A stretch of DNA of 39,630 bases from a virus, in IMG/VR virus record IMGVR_UViG_3300045988_044422; one strand, written 5' to 3'. The notes under the pieces were generated by a model. The model did not search any database and was not told the DNA's origin. It saw nothing but the letters and a program-made list of their open reading frames with translations. The translations under genes were made by a program, and so were the position numbers. Below, one piece after another: positions 7,070 through 14,237 of this stretch (position 1 is the first letter of the stretch; the number at the start of each line of letters is the position of its first letter).

Positions 7070-7393
7070 ATGACTATTGAAGTATCATTGTTACTTTCAG
7101 GCGTGTCGATTGCGTTTGCAATCTTCTTCGGAATCAGCACACGCAACAGAAATGTGAAGAAGGACACACAGGACGAAGCCAGAGAGGATGCAACGATCCT
7201 GACCAAACTGGAAAACATTCAGAATACTATGATTGAAGTGAAGTCTGAAATGGGATCATACAGAAACGAAATGAAAGAGATCAGGGAGTATTACATCAGG
7301 GCATCAGAAAGCCTGAAGCAGCTTCACAAGCGTGTGGATAGAATTGACAAGATCATTGATGAATCACATCCACATCAGTACATCGAAGAGTAA
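7070..7393 (+). CDS. Membrane-anchored coiled-coil protein (lysis cassette)
   Basis: ATG 7070 with a GAAGGA RBS is preferred over TTG 7052. N-terminal TM segment VSLLLSGVSIAFAIFFGI, then a coiled coil. Confidence 0.55.
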   Translation: MTIEVSLLLSGVSIAFAIFFGISTRNRNVKKDTQDEAREDATILTKLENIQNTMIEVKSEMGSYRNEMKEIREYYIRASESLKQLHKRVDRIDKIIDESHPHQYIEE

Positions 7394-7407
7394 CAGGAGG
7401 AAAGCGC

Positions 7408-7725
7408 GTGGAGAAGTACAGCTATACAATACCAGCAAGAAGGAAGAAAAGACGCAAGAAGTCACTGACAAGCTGGATCATGGAGTTTTCAAAAAAAGTT
7501 GTGGTTGTCTGCGTGCTGCTTTACATCATCATTGAACTGTTTTCAGTAATAGCGATCTGGCACTTTGCAGACACATCGGTGCTGACCACACTGATCAGCG
7601 AAACATCTGAAGTGCTTCGCATGGGTGTGTTCGGGTACATGATAAAGGCAGGAATTGAGAACTGGCAGAAAATCAAAAAAGGAAAGCAGGAAAGTGAAAA
7701 CGAGGAAGGCGGTGCGAACGGATGA
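7408..7725 (+). CDS. Small membrane protein, possible holin/antiholin
   Basis: GTG start 7 nt after AGGAGG. Basic N-terminus, TM segment VVVVCVLLYIIIELFSVIAIW, and a second amphipathic/hydrophobic stretch. Confidence 0.5.
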   Translation: MEKYSYTIPARRKKRRKKSLTSWIMEFSKKVVVVCVLLYIIIELFSVIAIWHFADTSVLTTLISETSEVLRMGVFGYMIKAGIENWQKIKKGKQESENEEGGANG

Positions 7726-8198
7726 AAAATGCAGCTTTAATATTAAAAACAATTTATGATAATTTGCCGATGATCCTGACAATCATTGCGATTGTGGCAG
7801 GCATCGGAATCAAGGTCAGAAACTTCCTGAAGCAGTCAAAGGAAGACCAAAAGAAGCAGCTTCAGGAACAGGCAGACAAAGTCGTGGAACTGGTAAAAGA
7901 AAGCCTTCTGTCTATCGTATCAAAGGCAGAAAAGGAGTGGGGAAGCGGCACAGGAACAATCAAGAAGTCATGGGTGTGGGAACAACTTCAGGCACAACAG
8001 CAGAAGTTGACGGAATACATATCAGAAGGACTGATCGACAAAGACATGGTCGATGATCTGATTGAAGCGGCAGTTGAAGAACTGAACACTATTTTGAAAA
8101 AGAATCAGAAGGCTGCTGAAGCAGTCAAGCCGCCTGAAGAAAGGGAAGCGGCAGCGGTAGCAGCTGCGATTCAGGCGCAGAAGATACAGACGGAATAA
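7722..8198 (+). CDS. LL-H-family-like holin
   Basis: N-terminal TM segment (PMILTIIAIVAGIGI), then VSKAEKEWGSGTGTIKKSWVWEQL, which resembles the Holin_LLH core. It lies upstream of the endolysin. Confidence 0.5.
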   Translation: MKNAALILKTIYDNLPMILTIIAIVAGIGIKVRNFLKQSKEDQKKQLQEQADKVVELVKESLLSIVSKAEKEWGSGTGTIKKSWVWEQLQAQQQKLTEYISEGLIDKDMVDDLIEAAVEELNTILKKNQKAAEAVKPPEEREAAAVAAAIQAQKIQTE

Positions 8199-8219
8199 AA
8201 AGACAGGAGGTCAAAAGGA

Positions 8220-8495
8220 ATGCTACATGCTTACATTACATCATACGCGATCTGCTTCATGGCGACAGTAGTCATCATTATGCTATTGCTGATCGCAGGC
8301 GTTGAGATTGACAAGGAAGAAGCAAAACATCACGGCGCAGAGGTTGAGCCGCCGCCAACAGCGAAGGACTGGATCGGGTATATATTAAAAGCATTCCTGA
8401 TCGCCTTCGTGGTATCATTAGCAGCCCCACTGGTATTGATATTTTATATCTTCGTGATCGGTTGCATTATCATTTCAGCATTAACAGAAGAATAA
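8220..8495 (+). CDS. Two-TM small membrane protein (holin-like)
   Basis: AGGAGG RBS. 91 aa with two long hydrophobic segments. It lies immediately upstream of the endolysin. Confidence 0.55.
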   Translation: MLHAYITSYAICFMATVVIIMLLLIAGVEIDKEEAKHHGAEVEPPPTAKDWIGYILKAFLIAFVVSLAAPLVLIFYIFVIGCIIISALTEE

Positions 8496-8510
8496 CAGGA
8501 GGAAAAGAAC

Positions 8511-9320
8511 ATGGGAACATTATGCGGATGGGCTAGTATTGACGAAAGAGGAAAAGCAACAGGAGGACAGAAGGGCGATCAGACAGGTCGTGAAGTAAAG
8601 ACTGGAAACTGGTATGACTTCGGTCAGACAGTCGTGCTTCGTTTCAAGGATAGAAACAAGGCAGCGAAGGCGGCGACAGCGATGAAGCAGCTGTGCGCGA
8701 ATGACAATGTTGGATATTGTCAGGGACACAGAACTTCACTGTACACAGAACTTGAAAAGGTCGGCTGGAATCCAACAGAATTGAAAACACCTTGCGAAAC
8801 TGATTGCAGTGCGATGATGCCGCCAGTGCTTAAATGCGCAGGAATCAGCGTGTCAAAGGATATTTACACAGGCAACATGGTCAATGCTATTATGGCGACA
8901 GGAGAGTTTGAAAAACTCACAGGAAGCAAGTACACAGGCACAGGCGACAATCTTATGACTGGCGATATTTCAGTGGCAGAAGGCAAGCATACAATCATGG
9001 CACTGGAAAACGGATGCAACGTGTCAGGCGGCAACGGATCAGGAAGCGGATCAGGCAATAATCCAGCTGTACCATACGGAACAGCAAAGACAGCGACATT
9101 CACTGGATATGTGAACACAGGCGCACTGAATGTCAGAAAGCAGCCTGATCCAGATGCAGACAAACTTGTGTCATATCCTTGCATTAAGCAGAACACAGAA
9201 GTCGGAGTGTGCGGAAGTGCAAAAGCACCGAACGGCGCATTGTGGTATTACATCTATATTGACGGAGCAAAGGGCAAGAAGTACGGATATGTAAACGCAA
9301 GATACATCACAGCGAAATAA
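8511..9320 (+). CDS. Endolysin: peptidoglycan hydrolase catalytic domain + G/S linker + SH3b cell-wall-binding domain
   Basis: The N-terminal domain carries GGQKGDQTGREV and conserved Cys/His residues (catalytic family not assigned). A GNGSGSGSGNN linker follows. The C-terminal segment LNVRKQPD...ALWYYIYIDG...GYVNARYI is SH3b-like. Confidence 0.7.
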   Translation: MGTLCGWASIDERGKATGGQKGDQTGREVKTGNWYDFGQTVVLRFKDRNKAAKAATAMKQLCANDNVGYCQGHRTSLYTELEKVGWNPTELKTPCETDCSAMMPPVLKCAGISVSKDIYTGNMVNAIMATGEFEKLTGSKYTGTGDNLMTGDISVAEGKHTIMALENGCNVSGGNGSGSGSGNNPAVPYGTAKTATFTGYVNTGALNVRKQPDPDADKLVSYPCIKQNTEVGVCGSAKAPNGALWYYIYIDGAKGKKYGYVNARYITAK

Positions 9321-9332
9321 GGAGGAAGCGCG

Positions 9333-9950
9333 ATGGAATACTTCATGGGCGAAACATTCGACAAAGAAAAAAACAAGCCATACAAGAAACTGGATGCAGC
9401 AGAGAAAGCGGCAGAGAAGCAGAAAGCCGCTGTATTTGATGAAAATGGCGCAGTGGTAAAAGACTTTAGGGAAAAGGAAGAAAAGCCAGCAGAGCAGCCA
9501 CAGACAGCCACAGACGGCAGTCAGGAGCAGCAGCCAGCAGACAGCACCGATCAGGAAGGACAGGAGCAGCAGGCGACAATGACAGACAAAGTCCCTGAAG
9601 GTGCGCTGGATGCTGACGCAGACGGAAACGTGCCGACATTCGATGCAGACGGAAATCAGGTCGGAACTGCAACGCCTGAAGAAATCAAGGCGGCTGAAGA
9701 AGCTGTCACAGAAAACATTGACGGCGTGCCAGCGGTCAGAATCAAGGGAAAGATCAGAAGGGTGTTCAATGGTAGCATCAGGATCAGAAAAGCACCTTCA
9801 TGGAGCAATGACGCTGTCAGAGGTGCAACGACATTCACAGAAAAGATTGTCACACATGTGATGGAAGTGGACGGAAAGCCGATGTACAAGACACTTGATG
9901 GATATTTCATCAGCGGCGATCCGAAGCTGGTTGAATACATCGAAGAATAA
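9333..9950 (+). CDS. Acidic low-complexity protein with C-terminal SH3b-like domain
   Basis: AAGGAGG RBS. The C-terminal ~65 aa (IRIRKAPSWSNDAVRG...VDGKPMYKTLDGYFISGD) resemble SH3b. No catalytic domain is present. Confidence 0.5.
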   Translation: MEYFMGETFDKEKNKPYKKLDAAEKAAEKQKAAVFDENGAVVKDFREKEEKPAEQPQTATDGSQEQQPADSTDQEGQEQQATMTDKVPEGALDADADGNVPTFDADGNQVGTATPEEIKAAEEAVTENIDGVPAVRIKGKIRRVFNGSIRIRKAPSWSNDAVRGATTFTEKIVTHVMEVDGKPMYKTLDGYFISGDPKLVEYIEE

Positions 9951-9975
9951 TGTCGATAATTTTGGAGTAAAAGAG

Positions 9976-10012
9976 AAGCAAGACGGACAATGTGCCGCCT
10001 TGCTTTTATTTT
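9976..10012 (+). terminator. Rho-independent terminator ending the tail/lysis operon
   Basis: Stem AAGCAAG/CTTGCTT (9976-9982 / 9999-10005) with inner CGG/CCG pairing, followed by TTTTATTTT. Confidence 0.65.
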
Positions 10013-10109
10013 GTCCACATATAGAGGATAACTGTGTGGATAACCACAATATATTGATTGTACTAACAAAGCAGTACCGACAGGCGGTGCGTAGTTAGTA
10101 CGAAGATGA

Positions 10110-11498
10110 TCATAAAAAATGAATGTCCATGCTTCCATCTTCGTATACCAGCACCGATTCAACAAAAGACTTCCAGAAGACGTTCTTTTCCTGATTGCTG
10201 AATGTGCCGTATACAGCTTCCCAGTTTTCGTTCAGCAGCTTGCGGACGCTGTCGAGATTGCGGACAGGGGCAGCAGGACACTTCTGAAGTTCTTCGATCT
10301 GCTTTTTGAATTTATCGTATTCACTTCTATATGCGTTTTTATCAATTAAGTCATCCATAAACAAATCATACAGCTTCTTGATCTTGCGTTCGATCTTCGA
10401 TATTTCTTCAACAGGATTCTTTCGCACTGCGCTGGCAGCAGTAACTTCATACTTCGCAACATAGTCGGACAAAGCTGGTCTGATATGGTTCAGCATGTAT
10501 TCTTCAACATATTCTTCACGATAAGACCGCCCACGATCACACAGCTTCGATTGCGCCCTGAAGTTGCAACGATAGCTTTTATATGCTTTTTCTGTGCCGT
10601 CTGCCATTTTCCTATATGTAACAGTGCCAGTCATAATGTGATTGCAGGACGAACAGATCAGAAGACCTGAAAAAATATAGAATTGCTGCGTGTGCCTGAT
10701 CCGAACATTCCTGATCGCAAGTTTCTGGATGCGTTCAAAGCGTTCAGGACTGATTGTCGCAGGACAAAAGTCAGGATCATCGCGATACTGACCTTTGAAA
10801 AGCGGATTCTTCAGGTATCGTGCAACTGTATCATAGCAGACACGAATGTTGTATTTGTTCTGAAGAAAAAGCTGCGTGTCACGTTTGCTGCATGTAGCTT
10901 CAAAGCGGTCAAACATATCAAGTGCAAAGCAGTTCCATTCGGGATCAATGATGACATGCTTTTCTGCATCCAGCTTCAGACCGCGTGGAAGGCTGCCTGA
11001 CACATAGGTTTTATTCTTCAGCTTATAAGCGAACACATCTTTGATTCGGTCAGAATCACGATCACATTCATCCTGTGCAACAGACAGACGAATGTTGATG
11101 TGCAGTCTTCCGTTCGTGGTTGTGGTATCATAGTTTTCTGTGACAGCCTTCCACTGCACACCATTAGCTTCAAGTATTTCCTGAATTTTATGATAATCGC
11201 CGATATTCCTGAACCATCGGTCAAGTTTGGTAAATATGATCAGGTCGAAAGCATGAGCCTTCACACCAGAAAGAAGTCTGACAAACTCTTTTCGTTTGTT
11301 GAACTTCTTTCTTGCTGTCAGGGCTTCGTCAATGAATGTGTCAACAAGTATCATCCGATTCACTTTGATGAAATCTTCAAGAATCAGATCTTGCGCTTCA
11401 AGCGTATCGCCATGAAGCACCTGATCATCGTGGCTGCATCTGATATATTTAACTACACGAAGCCCGAAAAGTTGTGGGTTTGGAGTAAAAAAAGACAT
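10110..11498 (-). CDS. int: Large serine recombinase (integrase)
   Basis: Resolvase-type N-terminus YIRCSHDDQ (catalytic Ser) and FTKLDRWFRN. Recombinase domain and Zn-ribbon CSSCNH...YRC follow. 462 aa. Confidence 0.85.
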   Translation of the reverse strand: MSFFTPNPQLFGLRVVKYIRCSHDDQVLHGDTLEAQDLILEDFIKVNRMILVDTFIDEALTARKKFNKRKEFVRLLSGVKAHAFDLIIFTKLDRWFRNIGDYHKIQEILEANGVQWKAVTENYDTTTTNGRLHINIRLSVAQDECDRDSDRIKDVFAYKLKNKTYVSGSLPRGLKLDAEKHVIIDPEWNCFALDMFDRFEATCSKRDTQLFLQNKYNIRVCYDTVARYLKNPLFKGQYRDDPDFCPATISPERFERIQKLAIRNVRIRHTQQFYIFSGLLICSSCNHIMTGTVTYRKMADGTEKAYKSYRCNFRAQSKLCDRGRSYREEYVEEYMLNHIRPALSDYVAKYEVTAASAVRKNPVEEISKIERKIKKLYDLFMDDLIDKNAYRSEYDKFKKQIEELQKCPAAPVRNLDSVRKLLNENWEAVYGTFSNQEKNVFWKSFVESVLVYEDGSMDIHFL

Positions 11499-11530
11499 AT
11501 AAAAACCTTCTTTCTGGTAGCGAAAGAAGG
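11499..11530 (-). promoter_or_regulatory. Perfect 9-bp hairpin + U-run that contains the integrase Shine-Dalgarno
   Basis: On the int strand the sequence reads CCTTCTTTC-gctacca-GAAAGAAGG-TTTTTAT-ATG. The 3' arm is the only SD-like sequence for int. Confidence 0.6.
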
Positions 11531-11611
11531 CTTAATATGATAGAATGTAAAAGGACATAATATCATCGTGGGCGGTCTTCCGCGATATATTTTGTTTCAA
11601 TGTTTCGCAAG

Positions 11612-11643
11612 GGAAGTCGCTGGTCACGGCTTCCTTTTTATTT
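11612..11643 (+). terminator. Orphan rho-independent terminator (+ strand) with no upstream + strand gene
   Basis: Stem GGAAGTCG/CGGCTTCC (one G.U pair), 7-nt loop, then TTTTTATTT. Confidence 0.6.
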
Positions 11644-11693
11644 GAATAGAGTGCCTGAAGCGTGTGCATAATCTAAACTAGGAGGATGACGCA

Positions 11694-11891
11694 ATGGAAA
11701 TCCTGACGTGGCAGGCACGAACAGACAGACACTTGACCTTGAAGCAGTTGGAAGCCTTGACAGGAATCAGCAAGTCAACGCTGAACACGATTGAAAACGG
11801 CATCACATCGCCAACACTGCGCCAGCTTGAAGCGATAGCAGCTGCACTTGATGTCAAGATCACTGATCTGTTTGATTCTGAATATAAATGA
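11694..11891 (+). CDS. XRE-family helix-turn-helix transcriptional regulator (65 aa)
   Basis: LTLKQLEALTGISKSTLNTIENGITSPTLRQLEAIAAAL is a canonical Cro/CI-type HTH. AGGAGG RBS. Confidence 0.8.
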   Translation: MEILTWQARTDRHLTLKQLEALTGISKSTLNTIENGITSPTLRQLEAIAAALDVKITDLFDSEYK

Positions 11892-12012
11892 TAAACTGTG
11901 CGCCGACAATGCTTCTGACGCTTATTTCCTGATATATGGAAATAACTGGAAGCGGTCTTTCATTCCAATAATTTCCATGATACAATCCCGACAAGAGAAG
12001 GGAGGGAAGCAG

Positions 12013-12111
12013 ATGATCCGAAAGAGAATCAACACGCTTCTGAATAAGTTGTCGGATGCACAGCTGAAGCGCATATATAAATACATAAAGTATGTATACA
12101 TACACGGATAA
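12013..12111 (+). CDS. 32-aa basic peptide MIRKRINTLLNKLSDAQLKRIYKYIKYVYIHG
   Basis: Strong GGGAGGGA RBS 7 nt upstream of the ATG. An extended -10-like TGATACAAT lies at 11978-11986. A terminator follows directly. Confidence 0.4.
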   Translation: MIRKRINTLLNKLSDAQLKRIYKYIKYVYIHG

Positions 12112-12113
12112 AG

Positions 12114-12159
12114 CAAAAGGAAGTAGGACTGGTCAGGTCACTGCTTCCTTTTGTTTTGC
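12114..12159. terminator. Terminator hairpin between convergent genes
   Basis: 10-bp stem CAAAAGGAAG/CTTCCTTTTG (12114-12123 / 12144-12153), then TTTT on the + strand. The 3' arm overlaps the last codons of the - strand exonuclease gene. Confidence 0.6.
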
Positions 12160-12905
12160 TTAAATTCTTTATATGCTTTATGACGCTTGAAACCAAAATA
12201 TAAAAGCAACGCAGCAATCACAACACACACAGGATTGAAAGCAACGAAGAAACCTAACAGCATAAAAATACCGAAGCCGATCAGAATATTTCCGCTTTTA
12301 GGAATTGGAACAACTTCAACAGGCTTTTGATCTTCATGCTTAATAATATTATCAACCGAACGATAAACGCCAGTCGCATACACAGGAACTTCAGGAACAT
12401 CGCCGAAGATTTTATAAAAGCAGAATAGTGTTGCTTTTGCATCGTCAAGCGCATTGTGCCAGCTGTCTTCGCTATATGAATAAAATTCTGCACATGTCTT
12501 CAGCTTTTGCCATTTATATTCGTTGTAACGCTTTTGCCCATAAATTTCAGCAAATGCAAGCATTACATCAACGACAATAGAATTTTCTTTTGCATGATAT
12601 TCAATGCCAGAATTAAATATAAAAGGCAAATCGAAGCCGTGAATGTTATAACCGACAATCATGTCTGCATTTTCTAAAATGCGTTGAATAGTATGTGCAT
12701 AATATAAAAGCGGCTTACAGTCTTTTACCATTGAAGGGCTTATGTGGTTTACTTTTTCAGCATCAGTCCAGCATTCGTGATGAACAGGCTTCACATGTTC
12801 ACTGAAAAGGATTGCACCAGAGCCGTCAATAATAGAAAGCTGAAGAATTTCATCGTCATAGTGATTCAGTCCTGTTGTTTCTGTATCAAGACAAATAATG
12901 TTCAA
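12138..12905 (-). CDS. DnaQ-like DEDDh 3'-5' exonuclease with C-terminal transmembrane anchor
   Basis: ExoI CLDTETTG, ExoII GYNIHGFDLPF, ExoIII HNALDDAKAT. The C-terminal hydrophobic stretch GNILIGFGIFMLLGFFVAFNPVCVVIAALLLYFGF forms 1-2 TM segments, followed by a KRK tail. TTG 12905 with an AAAGGAAG RBS is the preferred start. The ORF is open back to 12941. Confidence 0.75.
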   Translation of the reverse strand: MNIICLDTETTGLNHYDDEILQLSIIDGSGAILFSEHVKPVHHECWTDAEKVNHISPSMVKDCKPLLYYAHTIQRILENADMIVGYNIHGFDLPFIFNSGIEYHAKENSIVVDVMLAFAEIYGQKRYNEYKWQKLKTCAEFYSYSEDSWHNALDDAKATLFCFYKIFGDVPEVPVYATGVYRSVDNIIKHEDQKPVEVVPIPKSGNILIGFGIFMLLGFFVAFNPVCVVIAALLLYFGFKRHKAYKEFKQNKRKQ

Positions 12906-12918
12906 TAGATCACTTCCT

Positions 12919-13296
12919 TTATTCAGTTTTATCCCAACCAACCTTCTTGACTAGCTGCTTCATATATTCTTTGATTCGTTCACGGCTTCCAGCTGGTAAA
13001 GACACATACATTTCAACAAGTGCCTTGTCAAAATCGTTCAAATCATACTGCGCACACAATTCATCAACGATTGTCTGCGGAAGGTCGTCAAACATTTCCC
13101 CTTCGCCATACATTAAATAATCATAATTCACATTGTATTCACGACAGATAGAAATTGCCATCTGATCAGTTAAGTTGTTCACACCTTTTTCGATTCTGGA
13201 AATAGTGGTTTTTGTTACACCTAACTTTTCCCCGAACTTTTCAAGAGTTAAACCAAGTGATTTTCGCACTTCGTTGACGCGTTCGCCATTTGTCAT
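12919..13296 (-). CDS. CI-like XRE-family repressor (125 aa)
   Basis: Starts at ATG 13296 with an AAGGTGGA RBS. HTH segment LTLEKFGEKLGVTKTTISRIEKGVNNL. It is divergent from the early operon. The longer 206-aa ORF extension is rejected. Confidence 0.8.
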   Translation of the reverse strand: MTNGERVNEVRKSLGLTLEKFGEKLGVTKTTISRIEKGVNNLTDQMAISICREYNVNYDYLMYGEGEMFDDLPQTIVDELCAQYDLNDFDKALVEMYVSLPAGSRERIKEYMKQLVKKVGWDKTE

Positions 13297-13335
13297 ATTT
13301 ATTCCACCTTTCTGTATATTTGCTTTTCTGATTGT

Positions 13336-13364
13336 AGAATAACACGACAGCAAGCAAAGGTCAA
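13336..13364 (-). promoter_or_regulatory. Candidate leftward (repressor maintenance) promoter
   Basis: On the - strand: TTGACC, 17 nt, TATTCT. It lies about 35-40 nt upstream of the repressor ATG. Confidence 0.45.
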
Positions 13365-13374
13365 TAAAAAAGTT

Positions 13375-13437
13375 ACCGTAAGCAACAAAAAACTGTTGAC
13401 AAAGTGACTGTAAGCATCTATACTGTAACTGTAAGCA
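13375..13437. repeat. Three direct copies of AC(C/T)GTAAGCA: putative repressor operators
   Basis: Copies at 13375-13384, 13407-13416 (inside the early promoter spacer) and 13428-13437 (just after the -10). Confidence 0.55.
13396..13424 (+). promoter_or_regulatory. Candidate rightward early promoter
   Basis: TTGACA (13396-13401), exactly 17 nt, TATACT (13419-13424). Confidence 0.6.
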
Positions 13438-13738
13438 ACAGAAGAAAGCAGGAAGAACGGATGAAGCGAGAGGGCGGCACGCAAGTGACATGGCGGTCAG
13501 GCTGTACGATAACAGACAGAGCGTGTGCAGAATAAACATGATCCGTCAAAGTAGTTGAAGAAAGCAGGAACATCAGGACAAGAAAGCAAAGTGTTCATAC
13601 TACTGGAAGAAAATGAACAGGTTGAGCCGATCAACACTTTACTCCTTAAACAAGAAGATGTTAAGCGGAAGAATCAATCGCGCGAGATGACACAGCACTT
13701 CTGTTTCTTACATTAAAAACCAGAAGGGAGCAGACAAG

Positions 13739-14209
13739 ATGAACGCAACAGTATCAACAAGGAAAAGAGCATGGCAGCTTGCAGACAAACTTTTTCCGAC
13801 AGATTACATGAAAGACGAACGCGACAGCCTTCGCGCTGGTTATCCAGTATTCAACACAACATCAACAGATGATAAATACACAGGCTTCCACATATCAGAC
13901 CTGAACACAGCACTTGAACTGAATATGGGAGCAGAAACAATCAGGATCAACATTGAGGATCAGGAAGCGGAGATCAAGAACAACTTCGACAAGCTGCTTC
14001 AGTATGTGAGCGACAAAAGAAAGTCAGCAGAACTTCACGAAAGACAGAAATACAACTATTACTGTGACAGACAGGCTGGCTGCTGGAACTGGACGAAGGA
14101 ACAGGATGAAGCATATCAGAAGGAATGGGACGACATCATCATTCAGATGCACGCATTGAAAGACCTTGAAAACGCGATGAACCTTGCAAGAACCAAAGGG
14201 ATCATATAA
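13739..14209 (+). CDS. Hypothetical early protein (156 aa)
   Basis: GAAGGGAG RBS. First sizeable ORF of the rightward operon. No motif recognised. Confidence 0.55.
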   Translation: MNATVSTRKRAWQLADKLFPTDYMKDERDSLRAGYPVFNTTSTDDKYTGFHISDLNTALELNMGAETIRINIEDQEAEIKNNFDKLLQYVSDKRKSAELHERQKYNYYCDRQAGCWNWTKEQDEAYQKEWDDIIIQMHALKDLENAMNLARTKGII

Positions 14210-14237
14210 ACATCACAGAACGAAGGGAGGAAACAAC

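Noticed and set aside
7070-7393. Assignment of the membrane coiled-coil protein to the XhlA family because of PBSX-like synteny with XkdX.
   Set aside because: Its TM segment is N-terminal with the coiled coil C-terminal, the reverse of XhlA topology as I recall it. No sequence motif supports the assignment.
10035-10043. A perfect DnaA-box 9-mer (TTATCCACA, - strand) as evidence of a DnaA-dependent origin.
   Set aside because: A single perfect 9-mer is expected by chance at appreciable frequency in 2 x 39.5 kb. There is only one additional near-match, no adjacent AT-rich unwinding element, and the phage carries a rolling-circle Rep. It is kept only as a note within the attP candidate.
12919-13539. 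The 206-aa version of the repressor ORF, extending upstream through the switch region.
   Set aside because: The N-terminal 81 aa are Cys/Leu/Phe-rich nonsense and overlap the promoter/operator region. An internal ATG at 13296 has an AAGGTGGA RBS and starts directly at the HTH domain.
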